From positions 20,544-84,543 of the forward strand of contig CAZRLL010000003.1 in the NCBI GenBank assembly GCA_964600735.1: a stretch of DNA of 64,000 nt, read 5' to 3'. Under the pieces are notes generated by a model. The model was not told where the DNA came from, did no database searches, and saw only the letters and a list, made by a program, of their open reading frames with translations. Below, piece after piece: positions 1 through 9,327 of the stretch. Origin of the DNA: an uncultured archaeon (GTDB lineage: Archaea > Asgardarchaeota > Heimdallarchaeia > Heimdallarchaeales > Kariarchaeaceae). Position 1 is the first letter of the stretch; each line of letters opens with the position of its first letter. The translations under genes were made by a program, and so were the position numbers.

Positions 1-115
1 CAAAATGGTCATAGCAATAACTTTGACATTAAGTTAGTTAAAAATAATTCATAATATCCGTATTAGTGACAAATTATTTTGATAAGATATTTTCATTCAA
101 AGCTTGTAGCAATTT

Positions 116-1315
116 ATGTTGATCGGAATCGTTGGGAAACCATCAAGTGGAAAATCAACCATGTTAAACGCAATTTGCATGACGGACGCAAAAATGGGTG
201 AATATCCATTTACAACAATCGAAGCAAATCGAGGAGTAGGGTATGTAAGTGTAACTTGCCCATGTAAGAACCTGGAACAATCATGTGATCCAAAGAATGG
301 AAAATGTGATGACGGAAACAGATTAGTACCGATTGAAATGCTTGATGTTGCAGGTTTAGTACCTGGAGCTTCAAAGGGGAATGGTATGGGAAACCAGTTC
401 TTGGATGATTTGCGTAGGGCAGATGTTCTTATTCATGTGGTTGATGCTTCTGGAGCAACCGATGCTGAAGGTAATCCAACTGAAAATTATAGACCAGTAA
501 ATGATATAACATGGTTAAATGAAGAGTTAGCCGCATGGATATCGAATATTCTCTTTAAGGATTGGGATAGGATCTGCAAAAGATTGGACTCCGATCAATC
601 AAAACTCGCTGAAATATTACAAGAAACCGTTTCTGGGCTTGGAACCAACCTTTTTCAAATAAAAGAAGCATTAAAACTCTCTGAATTAGATAATGTCAAT
701 CCACGAGATTGGAAAGAAAAAGAAAAACTTGTTTTAGCCTCACAAATTCGTGAAAATATAATGCCCATTATAATCGCTGGAAATAAAATTGATAAACCGA
801 ATGCCATTGAAAATATCTCTCAAATTATTTCAGAATACTCCGACATCGATATTGTTGAAACGACTGGATTAGCAGAATTAGTACTGAGAAAGGGTAATGA
901 AAAAAAGTGGATAAAATATTTTCCTGGTTCTACTACCTTTGACATCATTTTAAAAAATAAAACAGATCCAAAATTGAATACAATATTAGCAATAAAAAAA
1001 AGAATACTAGATAAGGGTAAAACCACTGGAGTCATGAAACTCCTAGAAACATGTGTTTTTGGAGTACTGGAATTACTGGCTGTTTTTCCTGTAGATGATA
1101 CAACACATCTTACAGATACAGATGGACGTATTTTACCTGATGTTTTTCTTGTACAAAAGGGTACTACAGCAAAAGAGCTTGCTGGAAAGGTTCATAGTGA
1201 TTTAGCCAAGGCATTTATTCATGGCATCTTAGCTAATAAGTCAAATAAGAGAATATCTGCAACTTATGAGGTTGAAAATGGTGATATTATTAAGGTACTC
1301 TCTGCAATCAAGTAA
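116..1315 (+). CDS. Obg-like P-loop GTPase/ATPase (YchF/DRG-like) with C-terminal TGS-like domain
   Basis: 399-aa ORF; G1 GIVGKPSSGKST, G2 YPFTT, G3 DVAGLVPGA, G4 NKID; C-terminal ENGDIIKV resembles a TGS domain end. Confidence 0.8.
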   Translation: MLIGIVGKPSSGKSTMLNAICMTDAKMGEYPFTTIEANRGVGYVSVTCPCKNLEQSCDPKNGKCDDGNRLVPIEMLDVAGLVPGASKGNGMGNQFLDDLRRADVLIHVVDASGATDAEGNPTENYRPVNDITWLNEELAAWISNILFKDWDRICKRLDSDQSKLAEILQETVSGLGTNLFQIKEALKLSELDNVNPRDWKEKEKLVLASQIRENIMPIIIAGNKIDKPNAIENISQIISEYSDIDIVETTGLAELVLRKGNEKKWIKYFPGSTTFDIILKNKTDPKLNTILAIKKRILDKGKTTGVMKLLETCVFGVLELLAVFPVDDTTHLTDTDGRILPDVFLVQKGTTAKELAGKVHSDLAKAFIHGILANKSNKRISATYEVENGDIIKVLSAIK

Positions 1316-1375
1316 ATAGAAATGATGAATAACAATATCAATATATTATTTAGTACTAAAATTTTCTTATAATAT

Positions 1376-1756
1376 ATGGATGATCATCATCAAGAAACCA
1401 AAGACACTGAATCTGAATTCACTGGTTTTACAATAGAGGAGATGGAGAAAAAGTTCAAAGCTCTTACTGATGAGATTAAAAATGGAGGTACAACCTTAGG
1501 TCAACTTGTAACACACTCACAAGATGAAGATAGACCCACCACCAAAATACCTTATTTCCGGGGATATAATCCAAATGTTACTGATTTTCTAGCACGAGCA
1601 AGCACTCCGGAGGAGTGTGAGGAGATTATTGTATTCTGCCTTTCCAGATCCGAAATCGATAAAGATGAAGCAGAGCAGCTCAGGAACCGTTTAGGAAAGG
1701 GAGGACCAAAAGCATTCGGTATACGAAAAGTGGGATATTATGATAAAAAAGTATGA
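1376..1756 (+). CDS. Small acidic protein of unknown function
   Basis: 126-aa ORF with ATG start, no overlapping competitor; no motif I can name. Confidence 0.45.
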   Translation: MDDHHQETKDTESEFTGFTIEEMEKKFKALTDEIKNGGTTLGQLVTHSQDEDRPTTKIPYFRGYNPNVTDFLARASTPEECEEIIVFCLSRSEIDKDEAEQLRNRLGKGGPKAFGIRKVGYYDKKV

Positions 1757-1822
1757 TAAATTATTACATTATCAGGTTAAACTAATATCGTTTTTTTCTC
1801 AATACATTCAAATGGTGATAAT

Positions 1823-2599
1823 ATGAAAAATGAATTTAGTTTAAATGATTACGTGTTACTAGTTTACGATAAACGCAGACGTTGGTTAAAAAAAATTGTG
1901 AATGAGGATTTTCACTGCAATTATGGTTTTTTCAATCTTATCAACCTTGTAGGGATGAAACATGGCTATAGTGTAACTACCAATAAAGGGATACCGTTAA
2001 TGGCACTCACGCCTGCAATTAGAGATTGGATTGATGCTTTTAAACATGAAAGTCAGGTTATTTACGCAAAAGATGCAGCTGCAATTATATTATTGTTGGA
2101 TATAAAGCCTGATGATACGGTGTATGAGGCAGGTACTGGTAGTGGAGCTTTGACGGCAATATTATCAAGATTCGTTGGTTCACTAGGAAAAATAATAACA
2201 CATGAAAAAAGAGCTCAAGCGCAGAATATTGCTATTCAAAATCTCAACAATATGGGAATCTCTAATGTAGAACATCACAAGCGAGATGTGATTGAAGAAG
2301 GATTAATTCCTGGACGAGCTGATTCAGTTATATTTGATTTAGCGGATCCGTGGAATATAATCGGCAATGTCACTTCGATTTTGAAACCTTCTGGGAGAAT
2401 TGTGATTTTTTTACCGACATATAATCAGATCGAAAAAACTATCTTATCGCTTGAAGAGTTTAATTTTAGAGAGATTAATGCTATTGAATTAATAGAAAGG
2501 GAAATCCAGCTAAAAAAAGGAGCAATTAGACCTGCAACACGAAATGTGGGCCATACGGGTTTTTTAATTAGTGGTATCTATTTAGGTGAAAAAATATAA
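1823..2599 (+). CDS. trmI: tRNA (adenine-N1)-methyltransferase, TrmI/Trm61 (GCD14) family
   Basis: 258 aa; SAM motif I YEAGTGSGALT, later FDLADPW, N-terminal small beta domain typical of the family. Confidence 0.75.
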   Translation: MKNEFSLNDYVLLVYDKRRRWLKKIVNEDFHCNYGFFNLINLVGMKHGYSVTTNKGIPLMALTPAIRDWIDAFKHESQVIYAKDAAAIILLLDIKPDDTVYEAGTGSGALTAILSRFVGSLGKIITHEKRAQAQNIAIQNLNNMGISNVEHHKRDVIEEGLIPGRADSVIFDLADPWNIIGNVTSILKPSGRIVIFLPTYNQIEKTILSLEEFNFREINAIELIEREIQLKKGAIRPATRNVGHTGFLISGIYLGEKI

Positions 2600-2608
2600 A
2601 CTCAATTA

Positions 2609-3172
2609 TTACCTTTTCATGATCTTATTATACAACATTATAATGATAAAAATTCCGGTTATAGTTCCTAGACCGATGGCAAACCACCTAGCATATCTTA
2701 GAGATTCAGTTGTTCCTGTGATTTCTACAATTTGATTGGTTAGAGCATATGTAATATTCCAATTCTCGTTAGTATCACCACCTTCGCCATAGTTAAAATA
2801 TATCGAAACATTATATTCGGCAATGTCGTATGATATTTTCGATTTTATAACATCTGTAAAAGTGCTGTTATATTTCAATGGGATGCCTGAATCTCCATAT
2901 AATCGAGATATATTTAGAAGATCCATATCTTGTGATGATGGTTGTATTTTTTCAAATGAAATATTCATCGAGAATAACCTGAGACTACGAATTTCTACGC
3001 TAGAGATGGAACCCGAAAAAGTAAGTGTCTCCCCCTGTTTTATTTTATTAGATGAAATTGAACCTGAAAATCCATTAATCGTATCTCCTGAACTCGGCGT
3101 TGTACTTAATAAGATTATTAAAAATAATATGCCTATTATTAAACTTGAGTTAAATATTTTCGTAGTTATCAA
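2609..3172 (-). CDS. Secreted or membrane-anchored protein, unknown function
   Basis: 187 aa; N-terminal hydrophobic signal-like segment, C-terminal TM followed by KIMKR, several N-x-S/T sequons; TTG start overlaps the stop of the upstream gene (TTGA). Confidence 0.5.
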   Translation of the reverse strand: MITTKIFNSSLIIGILFLIILLSTTPSSGDTINGFSGSISSNKIKQGETLTFSGSISSVEIRSLRLFSMNISFEKIQPSSQDMDLLNISRLYGDSGIPLKYNSTFTDVIKSKISYDIAEYNVSIYFNYGEGGDTNENWNITYALTNQIVEITGTTESLRYARWFAIGLGTITGIFIIIMLYNKIMKR

Positions 3173-3837
3173 CTAAGTACCTCTTGTAACGCAACTCTAA
3201 TTGAATCTTTTTCTCTTTCAAGTCGACTCTCAAAAGTATTGTCTACAAATAACCGATTGTCATGCCGGATCAATTTTATGCCACCCATAGTTATAAGGGC
3301 TTCAGATGAAATAGATATATTGGTTTCTTGGTTGGTTTCTTTATGTATATCTTTTGCAATTTGTGAAAGAGAATCCTTTGTAAAATGAGATTTGTCTTCG
3401 GCTCGTAAATGAAGTTTTAATTGACCACCACCGATGCTTATCCCGCTAGTTTTCACTAGCATTTGCATAAATTTTGAATAATCTTCTGTTTGCGTATATT
3501 TTTGCAATTTGGATTTGGTCTCAAGTTGAATCTCGTTAATTATTTGCTCACGAGTTTCTAAGTAATCCATTTTCAATGCAAGCTTCCTTCTTGAGATTTC
3601 TCTGATTTTTGCATTGATTGCTTGATTGCGAGCGGATCCAATTATGTCTGATTTTGCCATATTTGCTTTTTCTTCAGCAGTGGATAAAATTTCTTCAATT
3701 GAGAGTTTTGAGTTTTGAAGAATTTCATTTGCTTTGTCTTTTGCCGTATTTTCGATCTCAGTTTTGATTCTAGAAAAAGCCAATTGATCATCTGGTCGTT
3801 CATCCAATTTATCCTCAGGCGATGTATTTTCAGTCAA
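3169..3837 (-). CDS. A/V-type ATP synthase subunit E-like protein (orphan copy)
   Basis: 222 aa; long N-terminal charged helix, then ISIGGGQLKL and GGIKLIRHDNRLFVDNTFESRL, which match from memory the conserved C-terminal globular domain of archaeal AtpE. Confidence 0.6.
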   Translation of the reverse strand: MTENTSPEDKLDERPDDQLAFSRIKTEIENTAKDKANEILQNSKLSIEEILSTAEEKANMAKSDIIGSARNQAINAKIREISRRKLALKMDYLETREQIINEIQLETKSKLQKYTQTEDYSKFMQMLVKTSGISIGGGQLKLHLRAEDKSHFTKDSLSQIAKDIHKETNQETNISISSEALITMGGIKLIRHDNRLFVDNTFESRLEREKDSIRVALQEVLS

Positions 3838-4021
3838 GGTTCTTCAATTTGAGCCTTTGTTTCACTTTTTTAATGATTATGAATTGGTTCATTAGCTTGT
3901 CACAAATCAATCAATTTGTTAATGCAATGAATTATATAATTTTCACTTATATTTTCGAAAATTTACTTTTTATCTTTGCTATGTTCCATATCATCATATA
4001 ATTTTTTCCAATACTCAAGAT

Positions 4022-5203
4022 GTGCAAGTTTCTGAAAGAATTGGAAGAATCGAATACGCAATTAGAGATGTTCAACTATTAGCAAATAAATTAATAGAAA
4101 AGGGTCATGATGTAATTCAATTCAATATTGGTGATCCAATCAAATTTGATTTTGAAGTTCCTGATGTCATGCAAAATGCTTTAATAAAATACAAAAGCGA
4201 TGGGTATTATTCAGAATCAATCGGGGACAAATTTGTAAGAGATAAAATAGCAAATTATGAGAGGAACAAACAAGGCATAGATATTAATTCTAGCGATATA
4301 ATTTACTTTCAGGGAGTTTCGGAGGGGATTTTTTTTACATTTTTTTCATTCTTAAATCCCGGTGATAGAATACTCGTACCTGGGCCGTCTTATCCTGCAT
4401 ATAAAAGTGTGGGAGAGGCTGCAGATGCAGAAGTTGTTGCGTATCGATGTATTGAAGAAGAGGATTGGATACCGGATGTAGATGATATAAGATCTAAACT
4501 TACTAATAAGACAAAAATTGTGGTTCTTATAAATCCAAATAATCCTACTGGAGCTGTTTATTCAGAAAGAATCCTAAGAGAAATCAGGGATTTAGTAGGT
4601 GAAACTGATGCGGTGATTATGAGTGATGAAATTTATGATCAACTCGTATTTGAAGGGAATTATAAGTCTTTTTCATCAATCGCTGCTGATGTTCCAGCAG
4701 TGATTTTTAATGGATTTTCCAAGATATTTTTAGCTCCTGGTTGGAGAGCGGCATACGGGTTTAAACTAGATAATCATGATAAATTAGAAAATGTCTGGGA
4801 GGGAGTTAAAAAATTGTGTAGAATCAGATTATCACCGAATACTCCCATTTCAAAAGCTGCGGTGATGGGACTAACTAAAGATCCTCCCCATTTATTTGAT
4901 GTCAAAAGAAAATTAAAGGAAAGGAGAGATCTTGTTATAAAAAGACTGAATGAAATAGATAGAATAACAACTACAACCCCTAAAGCTGCGTTCTACATTT
5001 TTCCAAAGTTAAATTTAGATGCGACAAAGTGGAAGAATGATAAGGAATTTGTTCTAGAATTCTTAAATGAGAAAAAAACATTACTTGTACATGGGTCTGG
5101 GTTTGGCAGGGAATTTGGTCAGGATCATTTCAGATTAGTTTATCTTGCTCCCCCGCAAATCATCAATACAGGATTACAGAGATTAAAAGAATTTTACATT
5201 TAG
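4022..5203 (+). CDS. Class I/II pyridoxal-phosphate aminotransferase (aspartate/alanine aminotransferase-like)
   Basis: 393 aa, GTG start; NPNNPTGAVY, PLP-lysine context FSKIFLAPGWR. Confidence 0.85.
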   Translation: MQVSERIGRIEYAIRDVQLLANKLIEKGHDVIQFNIGDPIKFDFEVPDVMQNALIKYKSDGYYSESIGDKFVRDKIANYERNKQGIDINSSDIIYFQGVSEGIFFTFFSFLNPGDRILVPGPSYPAYKSVGEAADAEVVAYRCIEEEDWIPDVDDIRSKLTNKTKIVVLINPNNPTGAVYSERILREIRDLVGETDAVIMSDEIYDQLVFEGNYKSFSSIAADVPAVIFNGFSKIFLAPGWRAAYGFKLDNHDKLENVWEGVKKLCRIRLSPNTPISKAAVMGLTKDPPHLFDVKRKLKERRDLVIKRLNEIDRITTTTPKAAFYIFPKLNLDATKWKNDKEFVLEFLNEKKTLLVHGSGFGREFGQDHFRLVYLAPPQIINTGLQRLKEFYI

Positions 5204-5469
5204 AAATTTTGTCTTCATTGACGATACTATAAAGTTAATTTTCGTTGAGTATATTATATTCCTGATAATACAATAAGTAGATCAACATCATCCGTTTCAA
5301 CTACTTTAAATATTTTCTTACTTCATCATGGTGGTGATTAGGGATAATGAGTATCTCAAAATGTTGTTAAACTAGGGATTAGTAGTAGCAAGATCTCCCC
5401 AGGAAAAATAAGAGTCCATGGAGTCCAAATTTGGTCTGACAAAAAAAATAATATTTTTTGATCCTGACC

Positions 5470-6348
5470 TCAGGCACAATAATCATTTAAAAATGATGAA
5501 ATTACTTCTGCTAGTGGTATTTCCTCATATTCCGCCTTATCGTAGACAATACCCTCAAAAATGCTTGTTTCAAGACTTACTACATTTGAAATAGGAATTT
5601 TCAAGTTAGTAAGTGTTAAAAAATCACCGGATGAAATAAACTTGTTTGCTTCGCCCCTTAATAATAGGTCTTTTTTATTCATTAATACAAGGATCGGGAT
5701 GGTTTGATCTCTGTATTGAATAACTCTTTCAAATGATTTTGCAACTTCAAGTAAATCATTTGAAGTTGCATCTATTATGAAAAAAATTGCATTTGATTGT
5801 TGGATAGCTGCCTCCCAAAGTTCCCAAAAATCTTGTTGGCCGCCCATATCTACTGTTTTTATTGTTGATTTACCTAATTTGATATGTTTTGTGGATTTTC
5901 CCATTGTTGGCACAGATGGGATGATAACAGAATCTCGTTCTGGAATAAGGGTTTCTAAATAACGAACAAGTGAGGTTTTTCCTGCTCTAGAGGGCCCAGT
6001 AATTGTTATTATTAAATCTCGATTATGAAGTTTAGAAAAGAGTGATTTTCTTATTTTTTTGAACAAGGACATTTTTTTTGAGTTGCGGATATAAAATGGT
6101 AACGGTTGAGTCTGGAGGTGTTCTGGTATATCTTCGGAGGATAATGCGATAGTATCCCCGAGATATTCTCCCTTTTCATCAAAATAAATAATACGTGTAT
6201 GATCCGAATGTACAATAGAATAGGCACCAATCCCCATATCAGTTGATTTTGATCTCACTCTAATTTCATCAATACTTAACATAATAGAATCAAAGCGACT
6301 ACATATATCACACTCTAATGTTCTGATTGTAATTACTGAATCCTGCAT
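5470..6348 (-). CDS. Arf-like small GTPase with extra N-terminal Cys2-His2 domain (paralog A)
   Basis: 292 aa; G1 GPSRAGKTS, switch I PTMG, G3 DMGGQQDFW, G4 NKKD; residues 1-95 carry C-x2-C ... H-x2-H; basic amphipathic stretch MSLFKKIRKSLFSKL just before the P-loop. Confidence 0.75.
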   Translation of the reverse strand: MQDSVITIRTLECDICSRFDSIMLSIDEIRVRSKSTDMGIGAYSIVHSDHTRIIYFDEKGEYLGDTIALSSEDIPEHLQTQPLPFYIRNSKKMSLFKKIRKSLFSKLHNRDLIITITGPSRAGKTSLVRYLETLIPERDSVIIPSVPTMGKSTKHIKLGKSTIKTVDMGGQQDFWELWEAAIQQSNAIFFIIDATSNDLLEVAKSFERVIQYRDQTIPILVLMNKKDLLLRGEANKFISSGDFLTLTNLKIPISNVVSLETSIFEGIVYDKAEYEEIPLAEVISSFLNDYCA

Positions 6349-6626
6349 TATTATTTACTTGTAATTTCGATTTTTATACCCCTCATATTAAAATAATTTT
6401 CATCATCAAATTATTCAGGTTAATTTTGATACAATGCAAATTAATGAAAATCAACTGTCACTCATCATTAATTAACCACTGTCAATTTTTTGTAATAACC
6501 TTAGATTATAAGAAATTTTAATTTTGAATAATTTTGAGATTCAATTATAATCCAAACGATAAACAAAAAACTATGTCATAACATTGGTAAATAAGCAATT
6601 GGTGTCAAGCCATAACTAATGCAAAA

Positions 6627-6773
6627 AGCGGAGTAGCCCAGCCCGGTCAACGGCGACAGACTCAAGATATTCTTCAAATATGAAGAAAATTAGGCATCTG
6701 CTCCTTTAGAGGTTCGTGGGTTCAAAATATTATTCTGAAGTGGATTAATTTGAGAGTCCCACCTCCGCTACCA
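6627..6773 (+). tRNA. tRNA-Leu(CAA) with two introns (37/38 and T-loop 59/60)
   Basis: Removing 6667-6695 and 6727-6756 restores a class II cloverleaf: acceptor AGCGGAG/CTCCGCT, 3-bp D stem, anticodon loop CTCAAG|A, long variable arm, GTGGG-TTCAAA|T-CCCAC, A73 and an encoded CCA. Confidence 0.8.
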
Positions 6774-6872
6774 ATTAAAAAAGTTTATTTTCTAAATTGA
6801 TAATGTACCAAACTGTATACTAAAGTAATATTTAAGTCGATCTGCAAATATTGATAATTATTAGAAGGAATT

Positions 6873-7178
6873 ATGATGATAGATCTCGATAGAAGTATAA
6901 ACGTTGCCCGAAAATCGGGCAAAACCGCATTAGGTGTTAAAAGAGCACTACAAGCAGCAAGAGCTGGAGAAGCAAAAGTCATTATTGTGGCATCAAATGC
7001 TCCTCGAGATTCAATTGAGGACCTTGAGCATTATGCTAATTTATCCAATGTACCCATCATAAATTATCCAAAATCCTCCCAAGATCTTGGGATTGTATGT
7101 GGTAGGCCGCACTTAACGGCATTTCTCACGATATTTAATCCTGGTGATTCTGATATACTTGACGCATTAAATGGCTAG
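6873..7178 (+). CDS. rpl30e: 50S ribosomal protein L30e
   Basis: 101 aa; KSGKTALGVKRALQAARAGEAKVIIVASN and the overall L30e/L7Ae-fold pattern. Confidence 0.85.
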   Translation: MMIDLDRSINVARKSGKTALGVKRALQAARAGEAKVIIVASNAPRDSIEDLEHYANLSNVPIINYPKSSQDLGIVCGRPHLTAFLTIFNPGDSDILDALNG

Positions 7179-7186
7179 TAATTGTT

Positions 7187-7684
7187 CTAAAATTTTCTAA
7201 CTCGCGTAAATTTATTATGACCACATACATCACACTGATTTTCATTGTTAATATAGAAAGATGAACAACCATTACATTTGAATTTATAGTTCCTCTTTTC
7301 CAAGCCCCCTTCTGTTTTACTCCCAATTGAATTGATTTTTAATTCAAATCCTATATTCCGGATACCAAAATCATCTGTACAAATAACCACAGGATCATAT
7401 TCAGAAAGCATCAATGCAAGCGCAAGAAGCTCCTTATCAGGATATGACAATAAGGTTTGACCCATCTTTTTTGCGACCTCATTAATTTTTTTTAGATATT
7501 TGTTTTCCGGATCTAAGATTGTAACCTTTTTTTTTGCAATAAACATATCGTAGACATTTTTTGCGGTACTACTTTTTATCTCATCCAATACGCTGTTGCA
7601 TATGTAGAACTCCCCAACTACTTGAGGTTGAAAATGCACGTTCATGAAAAAACCAGAATCGAGGACGTATTTCATACTGATCAA
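7187..7684 (-). CDS. nob1: Nob1-like endoribonuclease (PIN domain plus zinc ribbon)
   Basis: 165 aa; N-terminal PIN-like YVLDSGFF ... ICTDDFGIRN, C-terminal C-x2-C ... C-x2-C ribbon (CNGC...CDVCG). Confidence 0.7.
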   Translation of the reverse strand: MISMKYVLDSGFFMNVHFQPQVVGEFYICNSVLDEIKSSTAKNVYDMFIAKKKVTILDPENKYLKKINEVAKKMGQTLLSYPDKELLALALMLSEYDPVVICTDDFGIRNIGFELKINSIGSKTEGGLEKRNYKFKCNGCSSFYINNENQCDVCGHNKFTRVRKF

Positions 7685-7910
7685 TATTATTGTGAAAATA
7701 TATATAATTAAATGGGATTATATAATATAATTGATTGTCTATATAAATGGAAGACTTAACTCAGTGCTCCAGATTTAAATCATTCAAAAATTTCTTTAAA
7801 TCGTCATCAAACCAGATTAACATCATTATTAAGCCCTATAATTAGTTAGACATGACTGGATTTAATTGCTATTTTCTATAACTATTCAAGGGCTAAATTT
7901 CGTAGTTTAA

Positions 7911-9200
7911 ATGAAAAGTTTTTTCTCAATACTGGAGGAATGGTTAATGTTGATCGATTATAATTTTCAACATCCAAGTAAAAGAATATTGAGTACAATA
8001 TCAGACAAGCTCAAAGGGAAAAAAATTGTACTTGGTATAACTGGTAGTGTTGCATCGTTCAAAGCGATTGAGATTGCTCGAGAGCTTATTCGAAGAGGAG
8101 CAGATGTAATACCAGTAATTACTAGTGCTGGTAAAGATATGATAGGTGAAGATTTACTTTGGTGGGCAACAGGGAATAAACCCATCTCAAAGATAACTGG
8201 TAAACTAGAGCATATCATATTTACAGGTGTCATGAATAATCCGGTTGATTTAATGTTGATCGCTCCATGTACAACTAATACAATCGCGAAGTTGGCAGCA
8301 GGTATAGCTGATACAACGGTCACATTAATTGGAAGCTCCTTACAAGGTAAGGGTATTCCCATTGCCATATTATCAGTTGCTCATGAAGATTTATACAATT
8401 CTCCACCAGTCATGAATGCAATAAAATTATTAAAAAAGAGGGGGATAAGTTTTATTGAACCAGTAATTGGTGAGGGAAAGGCAAAGGTCCCAGAAATTGA
8501 AGATATAATTTTTGAAACAATTGATATATTAAATGATAAAACATTGATAAGGAAACCTTTTGTGATAACTGGAGGCCCTACAAGGGAATATATTGATCAG
8601 GTCAGGTTTATCTCAAATTCTTCATCTGGTCTAACTGGGATTGAGATTGCCAAAGAAGCTTACTTACTTGGTGCTCAAGTAAAACTAGTTTTAGGCCCTT
8701 CAAATCTGAAAGTACCCAGAAAGATCCCCGTGAATCATGTGATTACGTCTCAAGATATGACAAATGAAACAATTAGATATCTGAAAAAAAATCCTGAAGC
8801 TGTCGTTATATTATCAGCGGCAATGGCTGATTTTAAACCCGAACAAATTATTGATGGAAAAATTAAAAGTGGTAATGATTTGAGTATAAACTTATTACCA
8901 ACATTAAAATTATCAAATGAATTAAAATCTAAATTTCCTAAATGTAAACTGGTGCTATTTAAGGCTGAATGGGGGTTAAGTAAAGATGAATTGATTGAGA
9001 GTGCTATGAAAAAATTGACTGAGTGTTCAGCAGATTTTATTGTAGCAAATGACTTATCGAGGCCGGAATCTGGTTTTGAAGGGATTAAGAACCATGTAAT
9101 AATAATTAATAAGGATGGAACAAATAGTGAATTTAAAGAAACAAAAATGAAGTTGGCAAGTATCATATTAAATCATATTCAAAATGTGAAAAAAATCTAG
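7911..9200 (+). CDS. coaBC: Bifunctional phosphopantothenoylcysteine decarboxylase/synthetase CoaBC
   Basis: 429 aa; flavoprotein N-domain KKIVLGITGSVASFKAIEIAREL and a C-terminal DFP/synthetase domain (FISNSSSG, AAMADF). Confidence 0.85.
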   Translation: MKSFFSILEEWLMLIDYNFQHPSKRILSTISDKLKGKKIVLGITGSVASFKAIEIARELIRRGADVIPVITSAGKDMIGEDLLWWATGNKPISKITGKLEHIIFTGVMNNPVDLMLIAPCTTNTIAKLAAGIADTTVTLIGSSLQGKGIPIAILSVAHEDLYNSPPVMNAIKLLKKRGISFIEPVIGEGKAKVPEIEDIIFETIDILNDKTLIRKPFVITGGPTREYIDQVRFISNSSSGLTGIEIAKEAYLLGAQVKLVLGPSNLKVPRKIPVNHVITSQDMTNETIRYLKKNPEAVVILSAAMADFKPEQIIDGKIKSGNDLSINLLPTLKLSNELKSKFPKCKLVLFKAEWGLSKDELIESAMKKLTECSADFIVANDLSRPESGFEGIKNHVIIINKDGTNSEFKETKMKLASIILNHIQNVKKI

Positions 9201-9327
9201 AATTTTTCAAATTTCAATTGTCTTTAGTGATGTTTTTGATTTATTAATTTCTTACTTAAAGTGAGGTTTATTTTTTTCCAGTAATAATCAATTATAAAAA
9301 TATGCTCTCAAATCGTAAATCAGTCCT

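Noticed and set aside
5255-5345. Possible C/D-box sRNA on the minus strand (ATGATGA at about 5327-5333 and GATGATG about 40 nt downstream)
   Set aside because: No CTGA D or D' boxes occur at the required spacing and there is no terminal stem. This is probably chance in AT-rich DNA.
7967-9166. 133-aa and 138-aa minus-strand ORFs (7967-8368 and 8750-9166)
   Set aside because: They are antisense shadows of coaBC with no motifs. The same reasoning applies to other nested antisense ORFs in the track, for example 820-1035, 10981-11304, 15524-15814, 29884-30192, 39521-39796, 40058-40381, 42563-42871 and 58309-58575.
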